64,000 bases of DNA, taken from sequence record MN871447.1, one strand, 5' to 3'. The notes beneath the pieces are model-generated. The model had not been told where the DNA came from, ran no database searches, and saw only the letters and a list, made by a program, of their open reading frames with translations. A program made the translations under genes and the position numbers. This document shows, piece after piece, positions 26,835 through 36,598 of this stretch; the first letter of the stretch is position 1, and every line of letters begins with the position of its first letter.

Positions 26835-27197
26835 TTATTTCGAATAGCTGTTACGAACGGTAGTCAGGTATTGCCCACCATTAGGAAAGTTCCCTTTCCC
26901 GTCGACGTAATCAAATGTGATTTCATGACTAGGAATAGTCGAAAGAAATCCGCGCTGGTTCGCCACGATCAGTTGTTTGATGACGTTTTGAATTCGTTTC
27001 GTCAACACCGTCAATCGAGCATTACCAGGACAAACGTTAGTGTAAATTTCGTTATAACGTTTCCCAATCAGTGACAACCTGGCAGGTGCTCGGAAAAGCA
27101 CGCGCACCCCTTCTTTTTCGTAAATTTCTTTCTCGAGCTCCCACAGACCAAAAGTCTCCATGGTATCCGGTTGTACAGGAACATCTTGCTTAGTCAT
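26835..27197 (-). CDS. Hypothetical protein
   Basis: EIYEKEGVRVLFRAP...VDGKG...TVRNSY; GAGG RBS. Confidence 0.75.
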   Translation of the reverse strand: MTKQDVPVQPDTMETFGLWELEKEIYEKEGVRVLFRAPARLSLIGKRYNEIYTNVCPGNARLTVLTKRIQNVIKQLIVANQRGFLSTIPSHEITFDYVDGKGNFPNGGQYLTTVRNSYSK

Positions 27198-27243
27198 TTT
27201 CTTTCCTCTGAAAAGTAGGCGGGGATTAGCCCCGCCTACTGTG

Positions 27244-27507
27244 TTAGTCTTTTTCTGACAGACCTAATGCAATGTCTGCCTTTTCTCGCGCTACAATTTC
27301 GCTATGGGTAAGCCCGTGCCCTTTACGTTGATGACCGCACATCCAGCAACTACAGTTACAAGGTGTGGTCGCTACACGACCGATAATGCCTTTATCGGTT
27401 TGGGGTTTCATCCCATTAAAATAGACATTGGCGTTCCAATAGTGAGAAACTTTCTTTTTCTTCATAGCACGTTTGAAACGGCGAAAAGCGCGGTCACGAA
27501 TAGCCAT
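27244..27507 (-). CDS. Basic protein with CxCxxC cluster
   Basis: RDRAFRRFKR...TTPCNCSCWMCGHQRK; likely ATG 27507 after GAGGA. Confidence 0.7.
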   Translation of the reverse strand: MAIRDRAFRRFKRAMKKKKVSHYWNANVYFNGMKPQTDKGIIGRVATTPCNCSCWMCGHQRKGHGLTHSEIVAREKADIALGLSEKD

Positions 27508-27591
27508 CGTTTTAAATCCTCTGAGTTCACCCGTAGAGAACATCTCTACGGGCAGAATATGATCTCAGAGTGGCGGTAGTACCGCAGAGCG

Positions 27592-28029
27592 TTAGGCCGC
27601 ATAGGCTTTTTCAACTCCCAATAAAATTTCACCGAGTTTCTCGCCGGAGATATCACCTAACCCGCCAATAAAGGATTGAAGGGTATTGACACCTAATTTG
27701 AGATTGCGAGAAGGCCCAGCCCAGTAGTTAATGGAAAGTGAAATATAAAAACACTCTGGACTGAAGCAAATACCAGTACTTTTTACACCAGGTGTGACAT
27801 GGAACAGAGGAACATACGGCGCTTTATTTTTCTCTGCTCCATTGTCAATGCTACTGTCCGCTGGAAACAGGTCATGAAAATGAATAACAACGGAACGGTC
27901 TTTGGCCTTGACAAACAGCCCGAAATTGATTCGTAGTTTATCATCGCCACTGACCTGAATAAATTCCCCGAAGTCAGCCTTGTTACGTTTGGTCCAAATC
28001 CCTTTACGCCCTTTAAATGTAGTGATCAT
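27592..28029 (-). CDS. Hypothetical protein
   Basis: 145-aa ORF, GAGG RBS. Confidence 0.75.
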   Translation of the reverse strand: MITTFKGRKGIWTKRNKADFGEFIQVSGDDKLRINFGLFVKAKDRSVVIHFHDLFPADSSIDNGAEKNKAPYVPLFHVTPGVKSTGICFSPECFYISLSINYWAGPSRNLKLGVNTLQSFIGGLGDISGEKLGEILLGVEKAYAA

Positions 28030-28032
28030 CTT

Positions 28033-28365
28033 TTATTCCTCCGGCCATTGAATGAGAATGGCGTTACCTGTCCGCCGAGAGTATAACTCAGCTTCTTTGG
28101 ACTTAATACAACGTTGAACATACCCAACAGAATAATCACCGTAGTGCGCGATCTCTTCGTCGCGTATCCCGCGTAAATGTGCTTCGTAAATTCCCGTCTG
28201 ACGGAGATCCATTTGGATAAGTTCACGAAGATGGTATTCTTCCTCACGAAGCGCGTTTAGTGCTTTCTCTACCGAACTTTGAGCGATGATATTTGCTTTA
28301 AGTTCAAAAAGGCGCTGTCTTTGATGAGTAGAAATTGCCTCAGAATCATTTAAAAAGCAGTCCAC
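28033..28365 (-). CDS. Hypothetical protein
   Basis: 110-aa ORF in array. Confidence 0.65.
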   Translation of the reverse strand: MDCFLNDSEAISTHQRQRLFELKANIIAQSSVEKALNALREEEYHLRELIQMDLRQTGIYEAHLRGIRDEEIAHYGDYSVGYVQRCIKSKEAELYSRRTGNAILIQWPEE

Positions 28366-28576
28366 GACAGACCTCCGCTTCTTCAGTGTTCGCTGTCAAA
28401 TGAAAACCGTTAAGGGTGGTCAGATCACAACCCACCACTAACCCTAATCTGGTTATATCGAAAAGGGTATCGAAAATAGGTTCATCGAGATCCGTTACCT
28501 CAACCCCTTCGACCTGCTCTAACTCCGTTTTAATTTTGGCGTTAGCGTACCGCAATAGATTGCCTTCGTACATCAT
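28346..28576 (-). CDS. Hypothetical protein
   Basis: 76-aa ORF, GGAGG RBS, abuts the upstream stop. Confidence 0.65.
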   Translation of the reverse strand: MMYEGNLLRYANAKIKTELEQVEGVEVTDLDEPIFDTLFDITRLGLVVGCDLTTLNGFHLTANTEEAEVCRGLLFK

Positions 28577-28987
28577 TTACCTCCAGCAAACATCGAACGT
28601 GATGATATCAAAACGGTAACTACCGTCTTGATTTCGCTTACGAAGAATTCGCGGGACAAATTCGAAAGGAAGTGTTTCCTTCATCAGCGCCCCCGCTACT
28701 TTCTCGGAACGAATAGGGCTGTAGTTTGTGATACTCGTAATGAGATTCCCTTCACTGTCCCACTTGTAGTTCTTCGTCACAAAGTGACATTGGTCGCGGT
28801 TAACCGTCACATAACGTTGGAAGTCCTCTTTGGACATCGGACCTTTCGGCCTCTCCAATACCCCTAATTCCAAAAACGAGTGTTTACGTTCAAAGAATTT
28901 CCTGACCGCATCCGGGGAGTACTTATCGACATCGTCCTTTTTCAGAATGATTATTTCCCGAATGAATCTGCTTAAATCATTGTTCAT
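28577..28987 (-). CDS. Hypothetical protein, possible degenerate prohead-protease-like fold
   Basis: LGVLERP...HFVTK...FVPR...DIITFDV pattern. Confidence 0.5.
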   Translation of the reverse strand: MNNDLSRFIREIIILKKDDVDKYSPDAVRKFFERKHSFLELGVLERPKGPMSKEDFQRYVTVNRDQCHFVTKNYKWDSEGNLITSITNYSPIRSEKVAGALMKETLPFEFVPRILRKRNQDGSYRFDIITFDVCWR

Positions 28988-29483
28988 TATCGGCCCCTTT
29001 CAGATACCCCGTTAAACGATCAACGTGCGGTTGTACCCACTCTATCGAATCGAACTCGTCGATGTGTTCGGCCACGTAACGGATTTTCTCCGGGATAGGC
29101 TGTTTAAAGTGCTCGAGGAAGAGTTTAGCGAAACTGCACCCCAGGGCATCGATCTCCAGATACCCGTCGATGAGCTCTTCAACGGTTACTTCATTCGCCC
29201 GATCTGCGCTATATTGAGAAAGGAGTTTCTCCAACTCAATACCGTGGGGATTAGCCGTGTCGATAATAACGTCGGAGAGGCTTACAAAAGCATGGTTCCC
29301 GCAATCGTAAAAGATCACCTCATGTCCCCACTGCTTCGCTACCAAACCAATACATACTGCCGCCGTCCCGCAATCCCCGGAGTTAATCCGTTTAATCGCA
29401 TCTTCTTTCGATTCACGGGAAAAATAGACCCGGTAAAAATCAACAAACTTATCAACAAGATTCAGGATTGATTCGGTAGGCAT
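28977..29483 (-). CDS. Putative transglutaminase/papain-like Cys-His-Asp protein
   Basis: GDCGTAA, NHAFV, IIDT in the expected order; likely ATG 29483 after AAGGAG. Confidence 0.5.
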   Translation of the reverse strand: MPTESILNLVDKFVDFYRVYFSRESKEDAIKRINSGDCGTAAVCIGLVAKQWGHEVIFYDCGNHAFVSLSDVIIDTANPHGIELEKLLSQYSADRANEVTVEELIDGYLEIDALGCSFAKLFLEHFKQPIPEKIRYVAEHIDEFDSIEWVQPHVDRLTGYLKGADNEQ

Positions 29484-30156
29484 TTTCAAACTCCTTGCGG
29501 TTGTTATCATCTAAGAAAAATTCCATGGCATCACGGTACCGGTGCCAGCATTGCGTATCACGGAAATGATAGATTTTATCAAGCTCAGTAATACGGTCAG
29601 TGACAAGTTTGTGAAGATGTGCGTAGTAACGTCCTTTCGGAAGAAACTGCGTAAAGATATCTTTTTCCGTGAGCCAAATTTTAAGGAAGGTGACTTCTAT
29701 CCCTTCAACGTCTTTTAGGTTGTCGAGGATATCTGCCAATTTCACCGCCCACGCGTCAGGGTTAGCGGAGTTAAGGAGTTTAGTCGCCTCTAACATCGTT
29801 CGGTCTTTCCGGTTCGCTTGTATGGCTTTAGTTGTGTAGCGATCCGTAACCCAATCAACGAGTTTCAGTGTCTCATCAACCAGTTGGGTGTAATTACCGT
29901 CTATGCTATCAAACGTAAACAGCATAAAACGGAGATCCTCTAAAGAGATCTCGGTATCCTCAACCACGTCATGTAACAGACCTGCGCAGACTACGGTGAT
30001 AGGGTAGTCATTTTCCTTGAGCGTTTCACTGACGGAAAACGGATGGATGTAATAAGGTTTGTTAGACCCTTTTCTTTTTTGCCCGGTGGCAGAATGCGTT
30101 GACATCGCCACCAAATTACAAACAGAATATAATTTTCTTTCCGCTTCAGTTTTCAA
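29452..30156 (-). CDS. HD-domain RelA/SpoT-type hydrolase (Mesh1/SAH-like)
   Basis: H..GQKRK...PYYIHP, AGLLHDVVEDT, VKLADILDN. Confidence 0.85.
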   Translation of the reverse strand: MKTEAERKLYSVCNLVAMSTHSATGQKRKGSNKPYYIHPFSVSETLKENDYPITVVCAGLLHDVVEDTEISLEDLRFMLFTFDSIDGNYTQLVDETLKLVDWVTDRYTTKAIQANRKDRTMLEATKLLNSANPDAWAVKLADILDNLKDVEGIEVTFLKIWLTEKDIFTQFLPKGRYYAHLHKLVTDRITELDKIYHFRDTQCWHRYRDAMEFFLDDNNRKEFENAYRINPESC

Positions 30157-30188
30157 TCCTAAGGCCCTCTAGGTAAGCTTTCAATAAA

Positions 30189-30212
30189 GTGATATAGTCT
30201 TCAAATAAATTC
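30189..30212 (-). promoter_or_regulatory. Putative early promoter, second subtype
   Basis: Minus strand AATTTATTTGAAGACTATATCACTTTATTG; matches the 38939 site. Confidence 0.6.
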
Positions 30213-30231
30213 CACAGCACGTAAAATAGAA

Positions 30232-30261
30232 AGAGAGGAGGGCAGCTGCCCTCCTCTCTCT
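30232..30261 (-). terminator. Intrinsic terminator
   Basis: AGAGAGGAGGGC-AGCT-GCCCTCCTCTCT. Confidence 0.8.
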
Positions 30262-30265
30262 GTGC

Positions 30266-30889
30266 TTAATAAATCCGAATTTCGTACTGACCTTGCTGAA
30301 CGAAGGTCATACCCAACCCCATATTTGAAGGCCAGTTAATCAGGATTTTCCCGACCATAGCTTCCTTCTCAACGATGGCTGAAGACATCTCAATTGCTTC
30401 GCTCGCTAACCCTTTCTTTACCACGTACTCACCGAAGATATTAGGGTAGGTCAAGTTCGTCGCAATGATACGATGATAGCCTGTGGTACCGATTAAACGA
30501 CTCGGAATAGTGATCGACTCGTTTGCCATAGCAGTGTAGCGGAACACTACCCCGGTCGCGGAACTGGTGATCGGAATTTCAATCGCCTTACCGGATTCAG
30601 TAAGTAACTGAGCTAACGTGTTACCGTCGAATTTGAAGATGTTCGCCGAGGAGCGAGTGAAGTCCGACCAGATTAGTGCATAATCGCCAGCTTTGAGATC
30701 GGCTAACGCTTTAGCGCTGTCGTCGTAAACTGTCGGGTTAGCCATAATCATTCGTAGGATAGCGACGGAGACAGCTTGGGTACTTTCTGCTCCGTCCACT
30801 AACGAAGTAGAGAAAGGAATAATATCTTTCTCAGCGATGGTATTGACTCGATTGAGTTCTGAGATCTTAACGGAAATATCGTCTGCCAT
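30266..30889 (-). CDS. Probable virion fibre/adaptor protein
   Basis: N-terminal KISELN motif shared with the tailspike at 39028; TATG 29 nt upstream. Confidence 0.5.
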   Translation of the reverse strand: MADDISVKISELNRVNTIAEKDIIPFSTSLVDGAESTQAVSVAILRMIMANPTVYDDSAKALADLKAGDYALIWSDFTRSSANIFKFDGNTLAQLLTESGKAIEIPITSSATGVVFRYTAMANESITIPSRLIGTTGYHRIIATNLTYPNIFGEYVVKKGLASEAIEMSSAIVEKEAMVGKILINWPSNMGLGMTFVQQGQYEIRIY

Positions 30890-30938
30890 GTTGACACCTT
30901 TTAAACGCGATTGTTAACATAGCAAACCATCCGGAGAA

Positions 30939-32168
30939 TTACGCTGGATCAGCGTTAGCGGATGTAAACGTTTGATCGATGACGGCGACTTTCTCCTTAG
31001 GGTGTTTGATCTTAAACCGCCTACGCATCTGATAAAGGTAATTCTCATCATCACCGACGTATTTTACCTCATAGCCTACCCGATCAAAATAGGTGATCTC
31101 GTCAGGTTTATCCGACTCCTTGACTAACGACACCACTACTTTATCATTAAAACGCTTAGAGGTAACTTCGACCCAAGATTGGAATTTTTGCGACGGGAAC
31201 ATAGGTTTTGTGAAATTAATCACGAAACGCGCCCCTCTAAACCAAACGAGTTCATCTCCAGCCAATTTCGCGTCCAGTGGAATCATTGCGATCAGTCGGG
31301 TCAAAGGTGCCACTAGTGTACGGGGGAGAGTTTCACCACGGAACATTCCACCGATAGGGACATTTTCGTTACCGTTTTCGTAATCGTCTGTCCAATAAAC
31401 GTTATCTAAACTCATGAGCGCTCTTTTACGGGTCTTGTGATCAAAGGTACCCATCAGCTTAATAAACCGAGTAAAAAGCGCACTGAGTGCTTCCTGTTGG
31501 CCTTTATGAATAAAGAATGATTCAAGATTGATATAGTCACCGTTAATAAACCCCGCGGCTTGTGTAACAGCACGGGTGTCGGAAATTGCGGCGGCGTGTT
31601 CAGGGGATATTTCTAACGCACCATCACGATCGGCATAAAAGTGTTTCTCGATATCATCGGGCTGGACCCACGGGAAGGTCACTTCTACCGACGAATAAAA
31701 ATTGTGGTAACCAATAAAGTCACTGCTGTAGGAAGAAGGAGTGTAGAAAATTCTACCGTCTAAAAAACGCGCAATTCCGTCATCGTCCATGAAGACGGCG
31801 CTACAACGTTTGTTCTGTTTGGAGCCATAGCTGTGTTCGGCCCATTCGTCCTCTTCACCTGTCAGTGGTGTTAATGGACGATAGCTCACCAGGGTAATGA
31901 ATTGCCCCAGTAGCTGATCACGTTTAGCGCCATCAAGAGTGGGGTTCTCAAACAACAAGCGACTGAAACCGGAAAGTAATGAACTGTTATCGTCGATAGG
32001 AGTCAGCGATTTTCGCCAGGCTTTGAGGGAACCGATTAAAATCCCGGCACTGCCACCGGAGTGCCCTTGATCATGCCAGATATCAAACGCTGCACGTAAA
32101 ATGGAACGACTTTCTTCATCGAGCTTAGCGAATTCAAATTCCGCTTCGAAGTGGGACTGTAAATTCAT
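30939..32168 (-). CDS. Phage hypothetical protein
   Basis: QGHSGGSA and PLTPLTGEEDEW...QNKRC motifs that recur in phage proteins. Confidence 0.75.
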   Translation of the reverse strand: MNLQSHFEAEFEFAKLDEESRSILRAAFDIWHDQGHSGGSAGILIGSLKAWRKSLTPIDDNSSLLSGFSRLLFENPTLDGAKRDQLLGQFITLVSYRPLTPLTGEEDEWAEHSYGSKQNKRCSAVFMDDDGIARFLDGRIFYTPSSYSSDFIGYHNFYSSVEVTFPWVQPDDIEKHFYADRDGALEISPEHAAAISDTRAVTQAAGFINGDYINLESFFIHKGQQEALSALFTRFIKLMGTFDHKTRKRALMSLDNVYWTDDYENGNENVPIGGMFRGETLPRTLVAPLTRLIAMIPLDAKLAGDELVWFRGARFVINFTKPMFPSQKFQSWVEVTSKRFNDKVVVSLVKESDKPDEITYFDRVGYEVKYVGDDENYLYQMRRRFKIKHPKEKVAVIDQTFTSANADPA

Positions 32169-32351
32169 CTTTATTTCCTTAGCTTATTTTCGATTAGTTG
32201 ATTGTATAAAGCGTATTCTCTGTGCGTTTTAATAACGACTTTCTTCTTATTATCAGACTAAAGGCGAAGTGCGTAAAAAGATCTCTGAGTAAAGTATATC
32301 TTATGTTACGAACGCCCGTATTATCACCCTTTGCAAAGGTTATGACCCAAA

Positions 32352-33647
32352 ATGAAACATACTCGTAAAGTACTCGAAGCCCTTGCTTCTACCCCCTCTT
32401 TGGAAGCCCAGGCGTTTATCGATCTCCCGGAAGGCGACGCCAGTGAGTTAGGTTTACTGGCCCTCGAAGCCTATGAGCTGACCAGTGAGGTGGTCGATCA
32501 ACTCGATGAATCTGCGATTCTCGATGACAAATCCGAACGCGGTGAACTCCTGAAAGATTTTATCAGTAGTGAAGTCGTAGGCGAAGATCGTATCGCCACT
32601 CCGGCTGAAATTGCGCTTATCGAACAAGCGACCGACGCCGTAGTTGACGGCACCGGTGAAACCGTAGAAACTGTCATCCCTTCACTGGAAGCATTTGAAA
32701 TCAAAGGCGCGTCTGAACCTGCTCTCGAAGCGCTCGGAGAAACCATCAGCAATTTCATGAAAGGCGCAGTTCAGTTAGTCAAGAACGCCGGCGAGTCTTT
32801 CAAGAAATATGTGAAAGGACTGTTCTCTCGTTTGGAAGCTCTGAAGAATCTGGTGTCTTCCGTCGAGAAGAAAGCGGCTGATGCAGAGTTTAAAGACAGT
32901 GTTCCGGTCAGTGAATCTTCCTCGGTTTACGTTGCGTGGGAAAATAACAGTTTCGCAACGACGTTTGACAAAGCCGTATCCGGTTTTGAGACTATCGCCA
33001 AGAAAACTGCCGAACTCTCCGGCCCGTATTCCCAGAAAGTCCTGACCAAGCATGATGAATTCGTTAACCTGGTACAGAAGACTTTTGATACCTCGTTAGG
33101 TCGCGGCGATGCCAAAGCAAACAGCCGTAATGATCTCGCGAAAAAGTTCATCGCTAATGCTGAGGCGTTAGACGCACTGTTCCAGAGTACCTTTACCGAT
33201 GGTAAAGCGTTCGGCGGGATTTATATTTCTAACGGCGAAAGACTGGAAAAGAGCGAAGACTTCCGCGCTGTCTCGAAAAGCATTGGCGAGTCCGTACCGG
33301 ATATCTACTTAGCCGGGAACACCGACGGTCGCGCCTTTGAAATGACCGGCGTAAACAAAGAATCTGTGCGCCGTCTTTGCCAGATGGTCAAAGGGACGAT
33401 GGGAAGTCTCTCCCGTACCAAAGTGACCGGCACCATGTTTAACGTTGATTTCTTTACTACGCACACCGACTTTGGTTTGGCAAGTTCTATCGTATTCGGG
33501 ATCAGTAGCACCCAGTATCAAACCGCGATTAATCGCGTTAACCGGGCGTACATCAAAGCTTACACGAAACCGTTGATGCAATTCATCAACCACTTCTTCC
33601 GTGTGGCCGAAGCCCAGCTGAATGTGGCCAAAAAAGCAATGAAATAA
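32352..33647 (+). CDS. Head (internal/ejection) protein with a protease-processed acidic propeptide
   Basis: Acidic N-terminal ~125 aa with repeated SLEA/ALEA, matching phiKZ-type S/A-x-E prohead protease sites; late strand. Confidence 0.75.
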   Translation: MKHTRKVLEALASTPSLEAQAFIDLPEGDASELGLLALEAYELTSEVVDQLDESAILDDKSERGELLKDFISSEVVGEDRIATPAEIALIEQATDAVVDGTGETVETVIPSLEAFEIKGASEPALEALGETISNFMKGAVQLVKNAGESFKKYVKGLFSRLEALKNLVSSVEKKAADAEFKDSVPVSESSSVYVAWENNSFATTFDKAVSGFETIAKKTAELSGPYSQKVLTKHDEFVNLVQKTFDTSLGRGDAKANSRNDLAKKFIANAEALDALFQSTFTDGKAFGGIYISNGERLEKSEDFRAVSKSIGESVPDIYLAGNTDGRAFEMTGVNKESVRRLCQMVKGTMGSLSRTKVTGTMFNVDFFTTHTDFGLASSIVFGISSTQYQTAINRVNRAYIKAYTKPLMQFINHFFRVAEAQLNVAKKAMK

Positions 33648-33650
33648 AAG

Positions 33651-33682
33651 TACTCCTCTCTCCGCTAAGGCGGAGAGAGGAG
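33651..33682. terminator. Terminator between convergent genes
   Basis: CTCCTCTCTCCGC-TAAG-GCGGAGAGAGGAG. Confidence 0.85.
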
Positions 33683-33706
33683 CTATGAGTAGTTTTATCA
33701 GGTAAG

Positions 33707-34072
33707 CTATTTAACCACTTTCCCGTTGAGGAGATCCACGACAAAGGCGCGCTTCTTCGTGTCTTCGATACCCGGAAGTACAACAGCTTGAATAGCTGCC
33801 GGTACCGAACGATAGAGTTCTACGTCAATGTCTTTGGCGCCTTTCTCGATGCGACTATCGGAATACCCAATGATCGTGGATTCGATCTCTTTGACGATAA
33901 CTTCCAAAGGGACCGTTAATGTTTTCCAACGATCTTTCGCACCGTCGTAGATACGTTGTAACGTATTCGCTTCGCTACTGTTCAGGTAGAGCAGATCGGT
34001 GAAATAGGTCAGGACCTGTTTATTCTGAACAAGGCGATTAAACAACTCGTTGTCGAAATCTTTGAGGTACAT
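33707..34072 (-). CDS. Hypothetical protein
   Basis: 121-aa ORF, AGGA RBS. Confidence 0.75.
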   Translation of the reverse strand: MYLKDFDNELFNRLVQNKQVLTYFTDLLYLNSSEANTLQRIYDGAKDRWKTLTVPLEVIVKEIESTIIGYSDSRIEKGAKDIDVELYRSVPAAIQAVVLPGIEDTKKRAFVVDLLNGKVVK

Positions 34073-34077
34073 AATCT

Positions 34078-34464
34078 CTATCCTTTATGTTTACCATATA
34101 CCCGACCGTATTTGTCGGTATGCGTCACAAAATACTGCGTGTTCAGTTGAAGGAACGATTCCAGTTGCATTAGCATCCGATCAAAATCATTACTGATAGA
34201 AGCAATAGTGATGTTTCTCATCACCCCCTGAGAGTAACGACTAGGTTCATCAATCAACGTGTTGACTTCGCAACGGAGCATGAAGAAGTTCGAACCGTCG
34301 GGTTCTGCATTCCCGTCGAGAATATACTCTTTCACGCCGTAAGAGGAACGCATAATAGCCTGCCAACCCCTCAACGCTTCTTTAGAACTGATCGGAGTAA
34401 CATCAATCTCATTGATGCGAACAACGCTCTGTGCGATCAGGTTCAATCTTTTGGTCGTATCCAC
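34078..34464 (-). CDS. Hypothetical protein
   Basis: 128-aa ORF in array. Confidence 0.7.
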   Translation of the reverse strand: MDTTKRLNLIAQSVVRINEIDVTPISSKEALRGWQAIMRSSYGVKEYILDGNAEPDGSNFFMLRCEVNTLIDEPSRYSQGVMRNITIASISNDFDRMLMQLESFLQLNTQYFVTHTDKYGRVYGKHKG

Positions 34465-34478
34465 TGAAATCCCTTCTG

Positions 34479-35132
34479 TTAGTCTTGTGACTCGTTAGAT
34501 TCGAACTGAGTGCGTTTAATCGCTAACCAGGCTTCGGCGTGCTCAGGAAACTCCAGCAGTGTCGAACTGGCGATTTTATCCTCTATTGCCCCACGACCAT
34601 CCCACGGCTCGGCGTAGTAGTATTGCGGATGGACATTGGTCAGCGGGTTAATCGGGAACTCATCCGCGCGCACCAGCCGGGCCGTACTGTAACCTTGCCA
34701 GTATTTGAACTGAGGTTTAGGAAAGTGATGAATAGCGTCATTGAAATAAATCGGGCCATCAATTTCATATCTGATCAACCGGTGGCAACCACGGTGTACG
34801 TAATGGTCGTAATAATTCGACCACTTCCAATCAGCCAAGGTATTGGTTAATGGTCGCGGAGATTGGTTGATCGAGAGTAACTCAATCGCCCTGACAACCT
34901 TAGGCGACAGTTCGAGAAGGTTCGCTTTTTCTTGCGCCTGCCTGATAAAATTCATCAACAACAATTGCGCATTGTTCGCAGAGTAGAAGTCGTTTTGTTT
35001 TAAGAAAGAGGAGAAACGACTGAGTACTATCGCCGGTAATTTACTGTTGAGAAAAGGCGTGACTTCGTGAATAAATTGCTTTTCTTTTTCGGTGAGATCT
35101 GCACCGTCTAAATGGATTTTGTTTTTATTCAT
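34479..35132 (-). CDS. Hypothetical protein
   Basis: Track start 35255 overlaps the upstream gene; ATG 35132 after GGGG is more likely. Confidence 0.7.
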   Translation of the reverse strand: MNKNKIHLDGADLTEKEKQFIHEVTPFLNSKLPAIVLSRFSSFLKQNDFYSANNAQLLLMNFIRQAQEKANLLELSPKVVRAIELLSINQSPRPLTNTLADWKWSNYYDHYVHRGCHRLIRYEIDGPIYFNDAIHHFPKPQFKYWQGYSTARLVRADEFPINPLTNVHPQYYYAEPWDGRGAIEDKIASSTLLEFPEHAEAWLAIKRTQFESNESQD

Positions 35133-35158
35133 TTTAACCCCCGTAGATTTGTTTTTAA

Positions 35159-35722
35159 TTAAACGCCATTGAAAAGGCCGCGGGTAAAGTCCCGTTCGGC
35201 GTCCACCGTCGTGAGACCCGATGTACAAAGAACACCCTGTACGAAACCCAGCCAACGGTGTTTCTTGGAGAGACTCTGTTCCAGGTCATCGCGTAGGGTC
35301 TCTAGCATCGACAGTAAATGCGACGCAGAGAAATAACCCTCTCCTAACTTGTCGGCGTTACTCTCAATCATTTTACGATACCGGTCTAGTATCGCGGGAT
35401 AGAATGTTTTTGGAACCAAACCAATATCGCCCAAAAGGTTATGAAGATAACAATCCCCATTAATGACAGTGTCCTTCTTAACAACCCTCCGCTCGTCTAA
35501 AAGAAGTTCTTCAATCTCTTCTTCTGGATGGGCCGTCACCACGATGTCGATAGGAGTAGGAATACCGTTGCTACTTGTCCCGTCAATGAGCGTTAAGAAC
35601 ATGAACCCTGCTAACGAAAGGGCTTCTTCCTTCGTTCCCGTATTGCGGTTACAGTATCGAAGTATTTGTTTAATGTCAGAGAGGAACATCTCTCTGAGTG
35701 TTTCAGCGGTATGTTCTGACAC
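35159..35722 (-). CDS. Phage hypothetical protein
   Basis: C-terminal KKHRWLGFVQG...ERDFTR motif common in phage proteins. Confidence 0.75.
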   Translation of the reverse strand: MSEHTAETLREMFLSDIKQILRYCNRNTGTKEEALSLAGFMFLTLIDGTSSNGIPTPIDIVVTAHPEEEIEELLLDERRVVKKDTVINGDCYLHNLLGDIGLVPKTFYPAILDRYRKMIESNADKLGEGYFSASHLLSMLETLRDDLEQSLSKKHRWLGFVQGVLCTSGLTTVDAERDFTRGLFNGV

Positions 35723-35723
35723 G

Positions 35724-36005
35724 TTATAACCTCACGAATAAGAGTGACCAGCTCATCATGGTCAGAGCGATGATCAGGTACAGGTAGCACCAGTTGAAAA
35801 CGTACCTAGATGGGGATTTACGTTGACCTTCTCGTTTCAGGAGAAAAGAGAAAATCAATGACAATATCAGACCCCCAAGTAAAAAGCACCCCGCCACTGA
35901 AGGCGGGAGGCGTATACCAGTAAAAATTTTGAACAGGAAACCAACCAGGATCAGAATGAACAAGAATACGAAGGAAACATTAGTACTGGGTGAAAATCGC
36001 TTCAT
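35724..36005 (-). CDS. Three-TM membrane protein
   Basis: 93 aa, hydrophobic. Confidence 0.7.
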   Translation of the reverse strand: MKRFSPSTNVSFVFLFILILVGFLFKIFTGIRLPPSVAGCFLLGGLILSLIFSFLLKREGQRKSPSRYVFNWCYLYLIIALTMMSWSLLFVRL

Positions 36006-36007
36006 GA

Positions 36008-36598
36008 TTATTCAACGTCCGGATTACGAGGTTGTTGTAATGCCCAATGTTTAGAACAGACAGAAACATACTGGTCATTGCCACCCACGAGTACCTGAGG
36101 GCCGACCACTATAACATTACCTTCACCATCCAAACGCAGAACAAATCTGGCTTTTACCCCGCACCAACAAATTGTCGGTATCTCTTCGAGTTTATCGGCT
36201 ATGGCTAAAAGAATCGCACTGGCCGGGAAAGTGTTCCGTTGAAAATCTGTCCGCAGCCCGTAACACAGAACGGTGACGTCGTAAAGGTCAACGAGCGATC
36301 GAAGTTCGTAAACGTGGAATGGTTCGAGGAATTGGGCTTCGTCGACCAAAATGACTTTAGGGTAATTACGATCCTTGTAAATGTCGTTTAGGAAAGAATC
36401 GTTTTTTCCTAGCATGACACAATTACCTTCTAACCCAATACGAGAAACAACTTTACCCACTTTATCTCGAGTATCAATCGTCGGTTTGTAGACATGAACC
36501 GACATCCCCCTTTCTCGGTAGTTGTACGCAGTTTGCAGTAGATTTGAAGATTTACTGGAATTCATACTGCCAAATCGGAACACTAGTGCTGACATCAA
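36008..36598 (-). CDS. tdk: Thymidine kinase
   Basis: GSMNSSKS P-loop, YKPTIDTR, ILVDEAQFL, YGLRTDF, Zn-binding CWCG...CSKH. Confidence 0.95.
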   Translation of the reverse strand: MMSALVFRFGSMNSSKSSNLLQTAYNYRERGMSVHVYKPTIDTRDKVGKVVSRIGLEGNCVMLGKNDSFLNDIYKDRNYPKVILVDEAQFLEPFHVYELRSLVDLYDVTVLCYGLRTDFQRNTFPASAILLAIADKLEEIPTICWCGVKARFVLRLDGEGNVIVVGPQVLVGGNDQYVSVCSKHWALQQPRNPDVE

